IMG/VR virus record: IMGVR_UViG_3300037461_000785
Coordinates: 1 to 27,428 of that record
DNA length: 27,428 nt
Reading direction: 5' to 3' (one strand)
Origin: a virus
Lineage: Duplodnaviria > Caudoviricetes
The position numbers and the translations under genes were made by a program. The notes under the pieces were generated by a model that made no database searches, was not told where the DNA came from, and saw only the letters and a program-made list of their open reading frames with translations. Positions 1-8,383 of this stretch are shown here, piece after piece (positions within the stretch are counted from its first letter, which is position 1; each line of letters begins with the position of its first letter).

Positions 1-2
1 GA

Positions 3-851
3 GCAGTATTTTATCTATTAGGTACTCATGGCGGTAATGCTTATGTAAATACAGGGGATAATACCTATGCAATATGGACAAGACCGATAGAAGCTGAGAT
101 TACTTCCGGATCAGCCTCAGCCAGTCCGTCAGGTTCAGAAAGTCCATCACAGTCAGGTTCCAAATCAGGAAGCAAATCCGGATCGCCTTCAGTTTCGGTT
201 TCACCATCACCATCCGGAAGCCATTCAGAATCCAAATCTTTGTCACCATCTTGGAGTGCAAGTAAATCTGAATCCAAGTCTCTTAGTCCGTCAGCTTCAG
301 GATCGGCTTCGGGTAGTGCAAGTGGTAGTAAGTCCGGATCTAAGTCGCTTTCGCCTTCGGCTTCCGAGAGTTCTTCGGTCTCGGCCAGTGCCAGTCCATC
401 AGGATCAGGATCTAAGTCATCTTCGGCATCTGCCAGTCCATCCGGTAGTGAAAGTCCGTCCGGTAGTGAAAGTCCGTCAGCTTCGGGATCAGCATCAGGA
501 TCAGCATCAGGTTCTAAGTCTGAATCTAAATCTCAAAGTCCTTCAGCGTCAGAGAGTAAATCTCAAAGTCCTTCGGCTTCGGGATCTGTATCAGAAAGTC
601 CATCTAAGAGTGCATCATGGAGTCAAAGCCCGTCAGCCAGCGGTAGTAAGTCAGAATCCAAGTCCCAAAGCCCGTCAGGTAGTCAAAGTCCTTCAGCTAG
701 CGGTTCAGCTTCGGAATCTAAGTCTCAAAGTCCTTCAGCGTCTGAATCTAAGTCTGAATCTAAGTCTGCTAGCCCATCTGGATCAGCCAGTCCATCAGGT
801 AGTACAAGTTTGAGTCCGTCAGGATCGGCCTCACCGTCAATACCATTCTAA
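3..851 (+). CDS. Putative virion protein with C-terminal Ser-X repeat tract (5' partial)
   Basis: The frame of ORF 240..851 is open back to the window edge: AVFYLLGTHGGNAYVNTGDNTYAIWTRPIEAEIT, then ~245 aa of Ser-X repeats ending SPSIPF*. The true start lies upstream. Confidence 0.8.
   Translation, partial: AVFYLLGTHGGNAYVNTGDNTYAIWTRPIEAEITSGSASASPSGSESPSQSGSKSGSKSGSPSVSVSPSPSGSHSESKSLSPSWSASKSESKSLSPSASGSASGSASGSKSGSKSLSPSASESSSVSASASPSGSGSKSSSASASPSGSESPSGSESPSASGSASGSASGSKSESKSQSPSASESKSQSPSASGSVSESPSKSASWSQSPSASGSKSESKSQSPSGSQSPSASGSASESKSQSPSASESKSESKSASPSGSASPSGSTSLSPSGSASPSIPF
105..839 (+). repeat. Ser-X dipeptide coding repeat tract 1
   Basis: Ser at alternating positions (SGSASGSKSESKSQSPSA), with mixed TCN/AGY codons. 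Confidence 0.95.
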
Positions 852-852
852 T

Positions 853-1155
853 ATGAAACCATATATAGCATTAACTACAGTAATATCAGGAGAAGTACAG
901 GGAGGTACAACAAAAGCACAATTACCGAATGTTCCTTGTACTATGGTTAATATAAGGGCTCTTTCTTCAAATGCTACCAGTGTTTATCTTGGGGGAGAGA
1001 ATGTTAAAGTTCCTGATGGTACAACCGATCAAGTATCCGGGTTTGAATTGGATGCAGGACAGGAAACAGGTTGGTTGCCTATAAGCAACCTTAACCAACT
1101 TTGGATGATTACGGATGCTAATGGTGATGATATTTGCTACTTAGCCTTCAGATAA
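853..1155 (+). CDS. Small beta-rich phage protein, possible capsid decoration/structural protein
   Basis: 100 aa ORF starting 1 nt after the previous stop. The IRALSSNATSVYLG...GFELDAGQ...ISNLNQLW pattern resembles small phage beta-sandwich proteins. Function is inferred from context. Confidence 0.5.
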   Translation: MKPYIALTTVISGEVQGGTTKAQLPNVPCTMVNIRALSSNATSVYLGGENVKVPDGTTDQVSGFELDAGQETGWLPISNLNQLWMITDANGDDICYLAFR

Positions 1156-1159
1156 CCTC

Positions 1160-1188
1160 TTGACAATTACTTCTTATGTGTGTAAGAT
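1160..1188 (+). promoter_or_regulatory. Sigma70-type promoter of the glycan operon (TTGACA-17-TAAGAT, TG-extended), probably leaderless
   Basis: Perfect TTGACA at 1160-1165, 17 nt spacer ending TGTG, TAAGAT at 1183-1188, and ATG at 1195 six nt later with no Shine-Dalgarno. Confidence 0.8.
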
Positions 1189-1194
1189 GTATGT

Positions 1195-1362
1195 ATGCAA
1201 CGTATCAACATCTTCTTGGAAGAAAAACAGATAAAGTTTATAAAATCCCTACCAGGTACACTCAGTGATAATGTCCGTCAGTTTGTTTCCAAATCCATAA
1301 AAGAAATAGAAAATAGAAGTGTTAGTTCTTCAGCAACAAAGGGTGGTGGTAAAGATGAATGA
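1195..1362 (+). CDS. Ribbon-helix-helix (CopG/Arc-like) DNA-binding protein, 55 aa, absent from the ORF track
   Basis: Manual translation MQRINIFLEEKQIKFIKSLPGTLSDNVRQFVSKSIKEIENRSVSSSATKGGGKDE*: alternating N-terminal strand, helix, G-x-x-S turn, SxxVR helix. The stop overlaps the next start (ATGAATGA). Confidence 0.75.
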   Translation: MQRINIFLEEKQIKFIKSLPGTLSDNVRQFVSKSIKEIENRSVSSSATKGGGKDE

Positions 1363-1645
1363 TACCTTAACTCCACAAAATGATACTTTAACTCCTCAAC
1401 CGGAGATTCTTCAACCGGAACAACCTTTAACAATGTCCTTACCTAATGCTCTTAAACTTGTTATTGAAGGTAAAAGAATTGCTAAACAAGAGTGGAAAAA
1501 TGCGGATTATTGTTTATTAAAAGATGGCTGGTTAAAAATATTTCATAAAAAAGAAGGGGATAAACTTCCTAATTTTCATACCTGGATAATCAATGATGGT
1601 GATCTATTGGGTGAAGATTGGATAGTTTTACCGGATTTAAGTTAA
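1355..1645 (+). CDS. DUF2829 / Thoeris anti-defence Tad2-like protein
   Basis: MSLPNALKLVIEGKRIAKQEW...WIINDGDLLGEDWIVL fits the DUF2829 pattern M-x-F-x-x-AL...GK++aR-x-x-W...W...D+LaeDW. Start moved to ATG 1355, which follows GGTGGT and is coupled to the RHH stop. Confidence 0.65.
   Translation: MNDTLTPQNDTLTPQPEILQPEQPLTMSLPNALKLVIEGKRIAKQEWKNADYCLLKDGWLKIFHKKEGDKLPNFHTWIINDGDLLGEDWIVLPDLS
1358..1399 (+). repeat. 21-bp tandem duplication (NDTLTPQ x2)
   Basis: aatgataccttaactccacaa followed by aatgatactttaactcctcaa, differing at 2 synonymous sites. Confidence 0.85.
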
Positions 1646-1646
1646 T

Positions 1647-2534
1647 ATGCCTATTTTAAGTGTAATTATACCTAACCGTAATTCTATATTTACAACCAAT
1701 ACAATCAAAGATGTACTGGATAAGGCCGGGGTAGATGTTGAAGTGGTTGTGAATGTAGATGAGAAATGGCCTTCTCCATTATTAAAAGATGAAAGAGTCC
1801 ATTATATACATCCTAGCAGTCCTATCGGACTTAGACAGGCAATTAATAATGGTGTAGCAATGGCAAAAGGTAAGTATATTTTAAAAAGTGATGATCATTG
1901 TATGTTTGGAGAAAACTTCGGCAAGATATTGATTGAAAACCATTTAGAAGATAATTGGGTACAGATACCAAGAAGATATGCATTAGATGCCGAGAATTGG
2001 AAGATAGAGGAACGGACTGATAATAAATATCCGATTGATTATATGTATATAGACTTTCCTAGAAAAGGTAAAGATCATGATGACGGTATGCATGGAGTAC
2101 CCTGGCGTGAAAGAAGGGAAGAACGTAAAGACATTCTTATAGATGATACGCCAAGTATGCAGGGATCGTGTTACTTTATGACTAAGAATTACTTTGATAA
2201 TGTATTTCATGGATTCCATGAAGAAGGTTATGGACAATTCGCCCAAGAAAGCCAAGAATTAGGATTTAAGACCTGGTTAGGTGGCGGAGCAGTCAAAGTA
2301 AATAAAAAGACCTGGTATGCACATCTTCATAAAGGAAACAGATATGGCAGATTCTATAACTTTCCGGGTGGAACAGTTGAGGCTTCCAGTTGGAGTGCCG
2401 AGCATTGGTTGAATGACCGGGAACCGAATATGATACATAAGTTTGAATGGTTTATTGATACTAAATTTCCAGGTATGCCTAGTTGGCCCGTTGACTGGAA
2501 AGAACAGATAAGGAGTATGGGATGGATTCATTAA
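1647..2534 (+). CDS. GT-A fold glycosyltransferase (GT2/GT27-like, DxH motif)
   Basis: LSVIIP N-terminus, GLRQAINNG, KSDDHC, TPSMQGS, QESQELGFKTWLGGG, WYAHLH. Confidence 0.9.
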   Translation: MPILSVIIPNRNSIFTTNTIKDVLDKAGVDVEVVVNVDEKWPSPLLKDERVHYIHPSSPIGLRQAINNGVAMAKGKYILKSDDHCMFGENFGKILIENHLEDNWVQIPRRYALDAENWKIEERTDNKYPIDYMYIDFPRKGKDHDDGMHGVPWRERREERKDILIDDTPSMQGSCYFMTKNYFDNVFHGFHEEGYGQFAQESQELGFKTWLGGGAVKVNKKTWYAHLHKGNRYGRFYNFPGGTVEASSWSAEHWLNDREPNMIHKFEWFIDTKFPGMPSWPVDWKEQIRSMGWIH

Positions 2535-3046
2535 CTAAACTGGCAATTAAATACAAAACCGATAAATGGGGAAAACATAATTATACCCCTATATATTATT
2601 CAATGTTTAGGAATAATGCCAAAAGAAGAAAAGTTAAAAAGGTACTTGAAATAGGAGTCGGTGAAGGAGCAGGAGTACGTATGTTCAGGGATTTTTTCCC
2701 TAATGCAACTATATACGGTGCAGAACTTTGTGATGACCGATTATTTAGAGAAGATAGGATAGAGGTTATTAAATGCGACCAGTCTAAACGTGAAGATCTG
2801 CTTAAATTATTTCTAACTACCGGACTTGATTTGGATTTGGTTATTGATGATGGTTCTCATAAACCTGAAGATCAGGTATTTACCTGTCTTTCAACAACAA
2901 AACACTTAAAGAGAGGTTGTATTTATGTTATTGAAGATGTAGCTGATGAGTTAATACTTATACCAATAAAGAAGTTTTATAAAGATGCTAAATTGGTAAA
3001 AGCCGGAAATCGGTATGATGACAAGTTGATAATTATAAATCTATGA
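2522..3046 (+). CDS. Class I SAM-dependent (sugar O-)methyltransferase, MycE/TylE C-terminal-like
   Basis: TDKWGKHNYTPIY, VLEIGVGEG, DLVIDDGSH and YVIEDV motifs. Confidence 0.85.
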   Translation: MDSLTKLAIKYKTDKWGKHNYTPIYYSMFRNNAKRRKVKKVLEIGVGEGAGVRMFRDFFPNATIYGAELCDDRLFREDRIEVIKCDQSKREDLLKLFLTTGLDLDLVIDDGSHKPEDQVFTCLSTTKHLKRGCIYVIEDVADELILIPIKKFYKDAKLVKAGNRYDDKLIIINL

Positions 3047-3780
3047 AAATAGCAATCGTTGGGAATGACCATATGGCTCAATCTTTCTCTTATTGTCTTG
3101 AAAAGATGGGTCATCAGATTACTTCTTTAGAAGAGTGTGATGTTTGCTGGATAGCGATTGATACTCCTATTAAAGACGGAAAAGGAGATATTAAACCGGT
3201 CTTTGATACAGTTGAAAAGATAAAAAATAAATTAAAAGGTAAATTAGTGCTTCTTTCAAGCCAAGTACCTGTAGGAACTACTAAAAAGTTATTGCAAGGA
3301 CTTCATTATGCCTATATTCCTGAACATATGAGAATAGGTAGGGGAATATATGATTTTATGAATCTTTCTGAGTATACAATTGGAGTAGATGACAAGGGAT
3401 TAAAACTTATTCTTCGTACTATCTTTTATGATAAACCAATTCTTTATACCAGTGTTGCAAGTGCAGAAATGATTAAGCATGCTGTTAATGCCTTCTTAGC
3501 CACTACAGTGACTTTTATTAATGATATTTCTGATATTTGTGAGAAAGTAGGAGCTGATGTTACTTCTGTTACCAGGGCATTGAGATCGGATTGGAGAATA
3601 GGAAAAGAAGCCTATCTAGATGTATCTGTCGGTTTTCGTGGAGGTCATTTTGACAGGGATTTACATTATCTCCAGGGAATAGCTAAAGAACAGAATATAG
3701 ATATTCCGCTAATTGATGCAGTTTTGGAGAAGAACCATAAACGCAGGGATAAAATAGTTAATAAATTAGTTAATATTTAA
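3043..3780 (+). CDS. UDP-glucose/GDP-mannose dehydrogenase-like protein lacking the catalytic Cys and C-terminal domain
   Basis: IAIDTP, SSQVPVGTT, PEHMRIG and SAEMIKHAVNAFLA are present. GFRGGHFDRD replaces GFGGxC(F/L)PKD, and the Rossmann motif is degenerate (GNDHMA). Confidence 0.8.
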   Translation: MKIAIVGNDHMAQSFSYCLEKMGHQITSLEECDVCWIAIDTPIKDGKGDIKPVFDTVEKIKNKLKGKLVLLSSQVPVGTTKKLLQGLHYAYIPEHMRIGRGIYDFMNLSEYTIGVDDKGLKLILRTIFYDKPILYTSVASAEMIKHAVNAFLATTVTFINDISDICEKVGADVTSVTRALRSDWRIGKEAYLDVSVGFRGGHFDRDLHYLQGIAKEQNIDIPLIDAVLEKNHKRRDKIVNKLVNI

Positions 3781-4682
3781 TGATTAGATTTGCAGTTATC
3801 GGTAAAGGGAAAATGGGTCAAAGATGGATTGGTGTTCTTTATGAACTTGGAAAACTTAATGGTATTGCTACACGAAATTATAAAGATCTAAAAGATATTG
3901 ATGCTGTAATAATTGCCGTTCCCCATAAATATTTATATCCTATTACCCGGTATTTCTTAAAAACCGGTAAACATGTTCTTTGTGAGAAGCCCGGAGGTTT
4001 AACAGCAAAAGAAGTTAAAAAGAATATTGATTTGGCAAAGAGAAAAAAGCTCGTTTATATGGTTGGTTATAATTGCCGTTTTCATGACGGATTTATTAAG
4101 GCAAGAAAACTGTATGAAAAAGGCAAGATAGGTAAGTTGATTTTTATCCGGTCAAGGTTCGGCTTTGGTGGAAGGAAGAATTACGATAAGGAATGGCGGT
4201 TAAATAAAGAAATGAGCGGAGGAGGACACTTACACGACCAGGGGGTACACATGATAGATATGGCTAAATCTTTTATGGCAGAAATTAAGAAGGTAAAAGG
4301 AATGGTATCTAATGTGTATTGGAGAGTTGGTACTGAAGATAATGGTTTTGTTATTTTAAAAGATAAGAATAATGTTATTGCCTCAATCCATAGTAGTCTT
4401 ACTCAATGGAAACGTCTCCACAGTTTTGAAATATACGGTACTAAAGGTTATTTGATAGTAGAAGGATTAGGAATGAGGTATGGAGAACCTGAAAGATTAA
4501 TCTTAGGTAAACGGACAAAAGATCCAGATAAGGTAAAAGAAACTATCATTGAATGTAATCCTGTTGCTGATGATTCGTTAAGACTTGAATTAAAAGACTT
4601 TTTATCGGCAATAAAGAATAAAAGACAACCTTTAATGGATGCGTATGAGACGTTAAAAATTGTTGAGGAGGTTTACAGATGA
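3780..4682 (+). CDS. Gfo/Idh/MocA family oxidoreductase
   Basis: VIGKGKMG, HVLCEKP, GYNCRF and GGGHLHDQGVHMID motifs. Confidence 0.92.
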   Translation: MIRFAVIGKGKMGQRWIGVLYELGKLNGIATRNYKDLKDIDAVIIAVPHKYLYPITRYFLKTGKHVLCEKPGGLTAKEVKKNIDLAKRKKLVYMVGYNCRFHDGFIKARKLYEKGKIGKLIFIRSRFGFGGRKNYDKEWRLNKEMSGGGHLHDQGVHMIDMAKSFMAEIKKVKGMVSNVYWRVGTEDNGFVILKDKNNVIASIHSSLTQWKRLHSFEIYGTKGYLIVEGLGMRYGEPERLILGKRTKDPDKVKETIIECNPVADDSLRLELKDFLSAIKNKRQPLMDAYETLKIVEEVYR

Positions 4683-5557
4683 TAAGTATTATTATTCCCA
4701 GCTGTAATGAAATAGCAACAACTAAAGAAGGCGTGAATGTTCTTATACGGACAGTTCAGGATATTTATGAGAAAGCAACCGGAGAGTTTGAAGTAATTGT
4801 CGGATTTAATGGAGAACCTTATTTAAACCTTCCGGATTATCCTAACCTTCGGAGTCTAAAACTGCCGGAAAATATAGGAATTAAGACATTAGTGAATGTT
4901 CTGGCTATTATGGCTAAAGGTGAGTATATATATAAGTCAGATGCTCATTGTATGTTTGGTAAGGGTTTTGACCAGATTCTCCAGGCAAACATGCAGGATA
5001 ACTGGCTGGTAATGCCTAGATTTTATGTTTTGGATGGGAAAGAATGGAACTGGCAGGATAACCGGCATTATGATTATTTTTACCTTAGTTGTCCGTTTAC
5101 CGATAATCGGGGATTCAGGTTTAAAGCAGGAGGTCATTGGCCCGAACGTACTGCCGAACGTGAAAATAATGAAGAATATGATATAGACGAAACACCTCAA
5201 ATACATGGTTCAGGTTGGTTTGCCAATAGAGATTACTTTCTTAATAAAATCGGTGGTTTTCCGTTAAATGATCCTATGGGTCATGCACAGGAACCGGCTA
5301 ATATCGGGTTAAAGTATTGGCTTGGAGATGGGAAAGTAATGGTGAATAAAAAGACTTGGTACGCACATATGCATCAGGATGGATCAAAAAAAGGTTATAG
5401 ATATACAAAAGATCAGGAACGGATAAGCTATGATGTCTGGGCTAATTATTGGATGAGAAATAAATGGGGAGAAAGACAACACGATATAAATTGGTTTATA
5501 GAAAAGTTTATGCCGATGCCTACTTGGCCGGAGAATTGGAAAGAATTAAAAATATGA
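4679..5557 (+). CDS. GT-A fold glycosyltransferase (GT2/GT27-like, DxH motif), paralogue of 1647..2534
   Basis: ISIIIP, KSDAHCMFG, IDETPQIHGS, AQEPANIGLKYWLGDG, VNKKTWYAHMH. Confidence 0.9.
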   Translation: MISIIIPSCNEIATTKEGVNVLIRTVQDIYEKATGEFEVIVGFNGEPYLNLPDYPNLRSLKLPENIGIKTLVNVLAIMAKGEYIYKSDAHCMFGKGFDQILQANMQDNWLVMPRFYVLDGKEWNWQDNRHYDYFYLSCPFTDNRGFRFKAGGHWPERTAERENNEEYDIDETPQIHGSGWFANRDYFLNKIGGFPLNDPMGHAQEPANIGLKYWLGDGKVMVNKKTWYAHMHQDGSKKGYRYTKDQERISYDVWANYWMRNKWGERQHDINWFIEKFMPMPTWPENWKELKI

Positions 5558-5940
5558 TAATAGGAATTGTAACCGGAAGTTGGGATTTACTTCATGCCGG
5601 TCATGTTAATTTATTTAAAAAAGCCAGACGTAAATGCGATTATTTAATTGCAGGACTTCATGTTGATCCTAGTGTGGAAAGACCATATAAAAATAAACCA
5701 ATAGAATCTGTCCTGGAACGGACAATTAAACTTGAAAATTGTAAATGGGTAGATAAAGTTTATGTTTATGAAATTGAAGCAGATTTGTCTATATTATTCA
5801 AATATGTTAATGCTGATATAAGGTTTTTAGGATCGGATTCTAAAGATGGTAGAGTAATTACTAGCGAGCGTGATATTCTGATTGAATATATTGACTCTTT
5901 ACCAATACATTCATCAGATCTTAGAAAGAGGATGAAATGA
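5554..5940 (+). CDS. Cytidylyltransferase-like nucleotidyltransferase (HxGH; TagD/HldC superfamily)
   Basis: GSWDLLHAGH, NKPIESVLER and HSSDLR. The start at 5554 (ATGA-like overlap with the upstream stop) is preferred over 5464. Confidence 0.88.
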   Translation: MIIGIVTGSWDLLHAGHVNLFKKARRKCDYLIAGLHVDPSVERPYKNKPIESVLERTIKLENCKWVDKVYVYEIEADLSILFKYVNADIRFLGSDSKDGRVITSERDILIEYIDSLPIHSSDLRKRMK

Positions 5941-6902
5941 TTATATCTAAGACACCATTAAGAATTAGTTTTTTTGGAGGTAATACCGACTTTCGGGAAT
6001 ATTACTTTAAATATGGCGGCTTAGTCTTATCAACTACTATAGACAAGTTTATTTATTGTATTGTGGTAAAACGGTTTGATGATCTGATAATAGTTAATTA
6101 TTCTCAAAAAGAAACGGTAGAAAATGTTGACCATCTTCAGCATGATCTGGTTCGGGAATCACTTAAACTTTTAGGAATAACCAAAGGAATAGAAATAACT
6201 TTCCTATCAGACATTCCAACAGAAGGATGCGGTCTAGGGTCATCTGGTGCGGTTACAGTAGGTGTTTTAAATGCCTTGCATACTTATTTAGGAGAAAATG
6301 TGAGTTCGCAACAACTGGCAGAGGAAGCAATAAAGATTGAATTAGATATTTTAAACCATCCAAGTGGAGTTCAAGACCAACATATTGCAGCAATGGGAGG
6401 ATTTAGAGCAATAGAGTTTTCCCCATCCGGTAAGGTTTGGGGTATGAAACTTAAAATGGAGGAACCGGTAAAGACTGATCTTAACAATAGTTTAATGCTT
6501 ATTTATACAGGTTTAACAAGGAGAGCAGATTCTATTCTGTCATCACTTAATATAGATGATAATAAAGTACTTCTCGATCAGAATAAGTTGCTTGCTAATG
6601 ATGCGGTTGTTACTTTACTTAAAGGAAATCTTAATAAGTTTGCTAAATTATTAAATACTTCATGGGAAGCCAAAAAAGTACTTAACAGCAAAACCAGTAA
6701 TCCTGATATAGATAATATTTATGAAAAAGTTATGAAGTCAGGAGCAGTAGGAGCAAAAATAATCGGAGCAGGAGCCGGAGGATTTATGTTAGTTATGTTT
6801 CCTCCTAATAAACGGATAGAAATAAGACAAAAATTGGAAGATTATCAAGAACTACCTTTCAGGTTTGAAGATAGCGGAAGCAAAATTATTTTTAATGTAT
6901 GA
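5937..6902 (+). CDS. hddA: GHMP sugar kinase, HddA-like (D-glycero-D-manno-heptose 7-phosphate kinase family)
   Basis: SKTPLRISFFGGNTD, GCGLGSSG, GVQDQ and GAKIIGAGAGGF motifs. Confidence 0.85.
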   Translation: MIISKTPLRISFFGGNTDFREYYFKYGGLVLSTTIDKFIYCIVVKRFDDLIIVNYSQKETVENVDHLQHDLVRESLKLLGITKGIEITFLSDIPTEGCGLGSSGAVTVGVLNALHTYLGENVSSQQLAEEAIKIELDILNHPSGVQDQHIAAMGGFRAIEFSPSGKVWGMKLKMEEPVKTDLNNSLMLIYTGLTRRADSILSSLNIDDNKVLLDQNKLLANDAVVTLLKGNLNKFAKLLNTSWEAKKVLNSKTSNPDIDNIYEKVMKSGAVGAKIIGAGAGGFMLVMFPPNKRIEIRQKLEDYQELPFRFEDSGSKIIFNV

Positions 6903-7180
6903 AGATTCTTTGTGTGTGCCGAAGTGGTTATTATAGGAGTGTTCAGACTAAAAAAAGCCTTAATAAGAGAGGGTATAATGATGTATTGTCTGTAGGATCA
7001 GATTTAGTCTCCAGAGAAACATTAGATATGCTTTGTGATTGGGCTGATATTATTTTACTGGCTAAACCTACACATGGGGTTAATATTACAACTAATAGAG
7101 AAAAGATATTAAAAGATTTTACAATCGGAGATGATTTGGAAACTACAGTTAATAAACAATTAGATAGGATAAAACTATGA
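6899..7180 (+). CDS. Minimal low-molecular-weight PTP-fold phosphatase (CX5R)
   Basis: MKILCVCRSGYYRS P-loop (C-x5-R-S) and LCDWADIILL; 93 aa. Confidence 0.65.
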   Translation: MKILCVCRSGYYRSVQTKKSLNKRGYNDVLSVGSDLVSRETLDMLCDWADIILLAKPTHGVNITTNREKILKDFTIGDDLETTVNKQLDRIKL

Positions 7181-7953
7181 AAATAACAGTGATCGGTGCT
7201 ACGGGTTGGGTAGGAAAATCAATGATGCAACTTTTTCCTGATGCTTATCCTTATACTTCAAATGTTGGGGATAAAGAAGAAGTTAATAAATGTGATATAG
7301 CTTTCATTTGTGTTCCTACTCCTAATATTGGAGAAGGTAAACTGGATACTTCTATTATAGAGGAAATTGTAAGTTGGATTGCCTGTCCATTATTGGTAGT
7401 CAGGTCAACCGTTAATCCTGGTGATTGTGAGAGGTTATCAATTAAATACAAAAAAAGAATCATCCATCAACCGGAATATTTAGGAGAAACTCCTAGTCAT
7501 CCTATGCTTGATCCTAAGACAAGGCCGTTTATGATACTTGGTGGAGAACGGGAAGATACTAGACAGTTAATTGAGTTATACCAGACTGTCTATAATGCCA
7601 ATATTAATATCCGGCAAGTCTCTTTATATGAATCTGAGGTAATTAAATTGACAGAGAATCGAGCGATTGCTTTTAAAGTAGCCCAATGTCAAGAGTTATA
7701 TGATGTCTGTTTACAAGCAGGGATTGATTATTATGTGATTAGGGAAGCAGTTTATGGAGATGATCCTAGATTTAATCTCTGGTGGACATTTGTTTATCCT
7801 GATAAGCGTGGATTTAACTCAAAATGTATACCAAAAGATATTTATGCCTGGTGTGCATTTTCGGAATCATTGGGGTATAATCCAACTATAACTCGTATAA
7901 TTTTAGAAAAAAATAAAGAATGGATAAAATTAAATGAGAAAAATAAATATTAG
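7177..7953 (+). CDS. Nucleotide-sugar 6-dehydrogenase (UDP-glucose/GDP-mannose dehydrogenase family, short form)
   Basis: IGATGWVG, FICVPTP, RSTVNPG, PEYL, SEVIKLTEN and GFNSKCIPKD, which retains the catalytic Cys. Confidence 0.85.
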   Translation: MKITVIGATGWVGKSMMQLFPDAYPYTSNVGDKEEVNKCDIAFICVPTPNIGEGKLDTSIIEEIVSWIACPLLVVRSTVNPGDCERLSIKYKKRIIHQPEYLGETPSHPMLDPKTRPFMILGGEREDTRQLIELYQTVYNANINIRQVSLYESEVIKLTENRAIAFKVAQCQELYDVCLQAGIDYYVIREAVYGDDPRFNLWWTFVYPDKRGFNSKCIPKDIYAWCAFSESLGYNPTITRIILEKNKEWIKLNEKNKY

Positions 7954-8383
7954 TACAAATAAATATCCAAATCGTTTTGCATTGGTTGATGATAACCTAT
8001 TTGATTATTTAAATCAGTGGAAATGGGGTATTAGTACAAAAGGTTATGTTTATAGAAAAGAGAATAATAAATATATAGCAATGCATAGAATTGTAAATAA
8101 TACACCAATAGGATATGAAACCGACCATATAAATAGAGATAAATTAGATAATCGTAAAATAAATCTTAGAACTGTTACGAGAAGTCAAAATAAGATGAAT
8201 ACTGGTTTATGGAAACATAATAAATCTAAGTATAAAGGGGTTTTTTGGGATAAACAAACTAAAAATTGGAGAGCTATGATACAAATAGTAGGTGTAGGAA
8301 TACATTTAGGTAGATTTATAAAAAAGAAAGATGCTATTAATGCAAGAAAAAACGCAGAAAGGATTTTATGGCTACACAAATGA
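7934..8383 (+). CDS. HNH endonuclease with C-terminal AP2-like DNA-binding domain (free-standing homing endonuclease type)
   Basis: MHRIV, DHINRDKLDNRKINLR and SKYKGVFWDK...WRAMI...HLGRF...A..AR. More AT-rich than its neighbours and overlaps both flanking genes. Confidence 0.92.
   Translation: MRKINISTNKYPNRFALVDDNLFDYLNQWKWGISTKGYVYRKENNKYIAMHRIVNNTPIGYETDHINRDKLDNRKINLRTVTRSQNKMNTGLWKHNKSKYKGVFWDKQTKNWRAMIQIVGVGIHLGRFIKKKDAINARKNAERILWLHK

Noticed and set aside
65-813. ORFs 65..277 (-) and 256..813 (+)
   Set aside because: Shadow frames of the Ser-X repeat, whose codons rarely generate stops in other frames.
1319-1354. GTG start extension of the DUF2829-like ORF; likewise the 5464, 8862 and 22676 starts
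   Set aside because: These extensions overlap upstream genes, and downstream ATGs coupled to or just after the upstream stops fit better.
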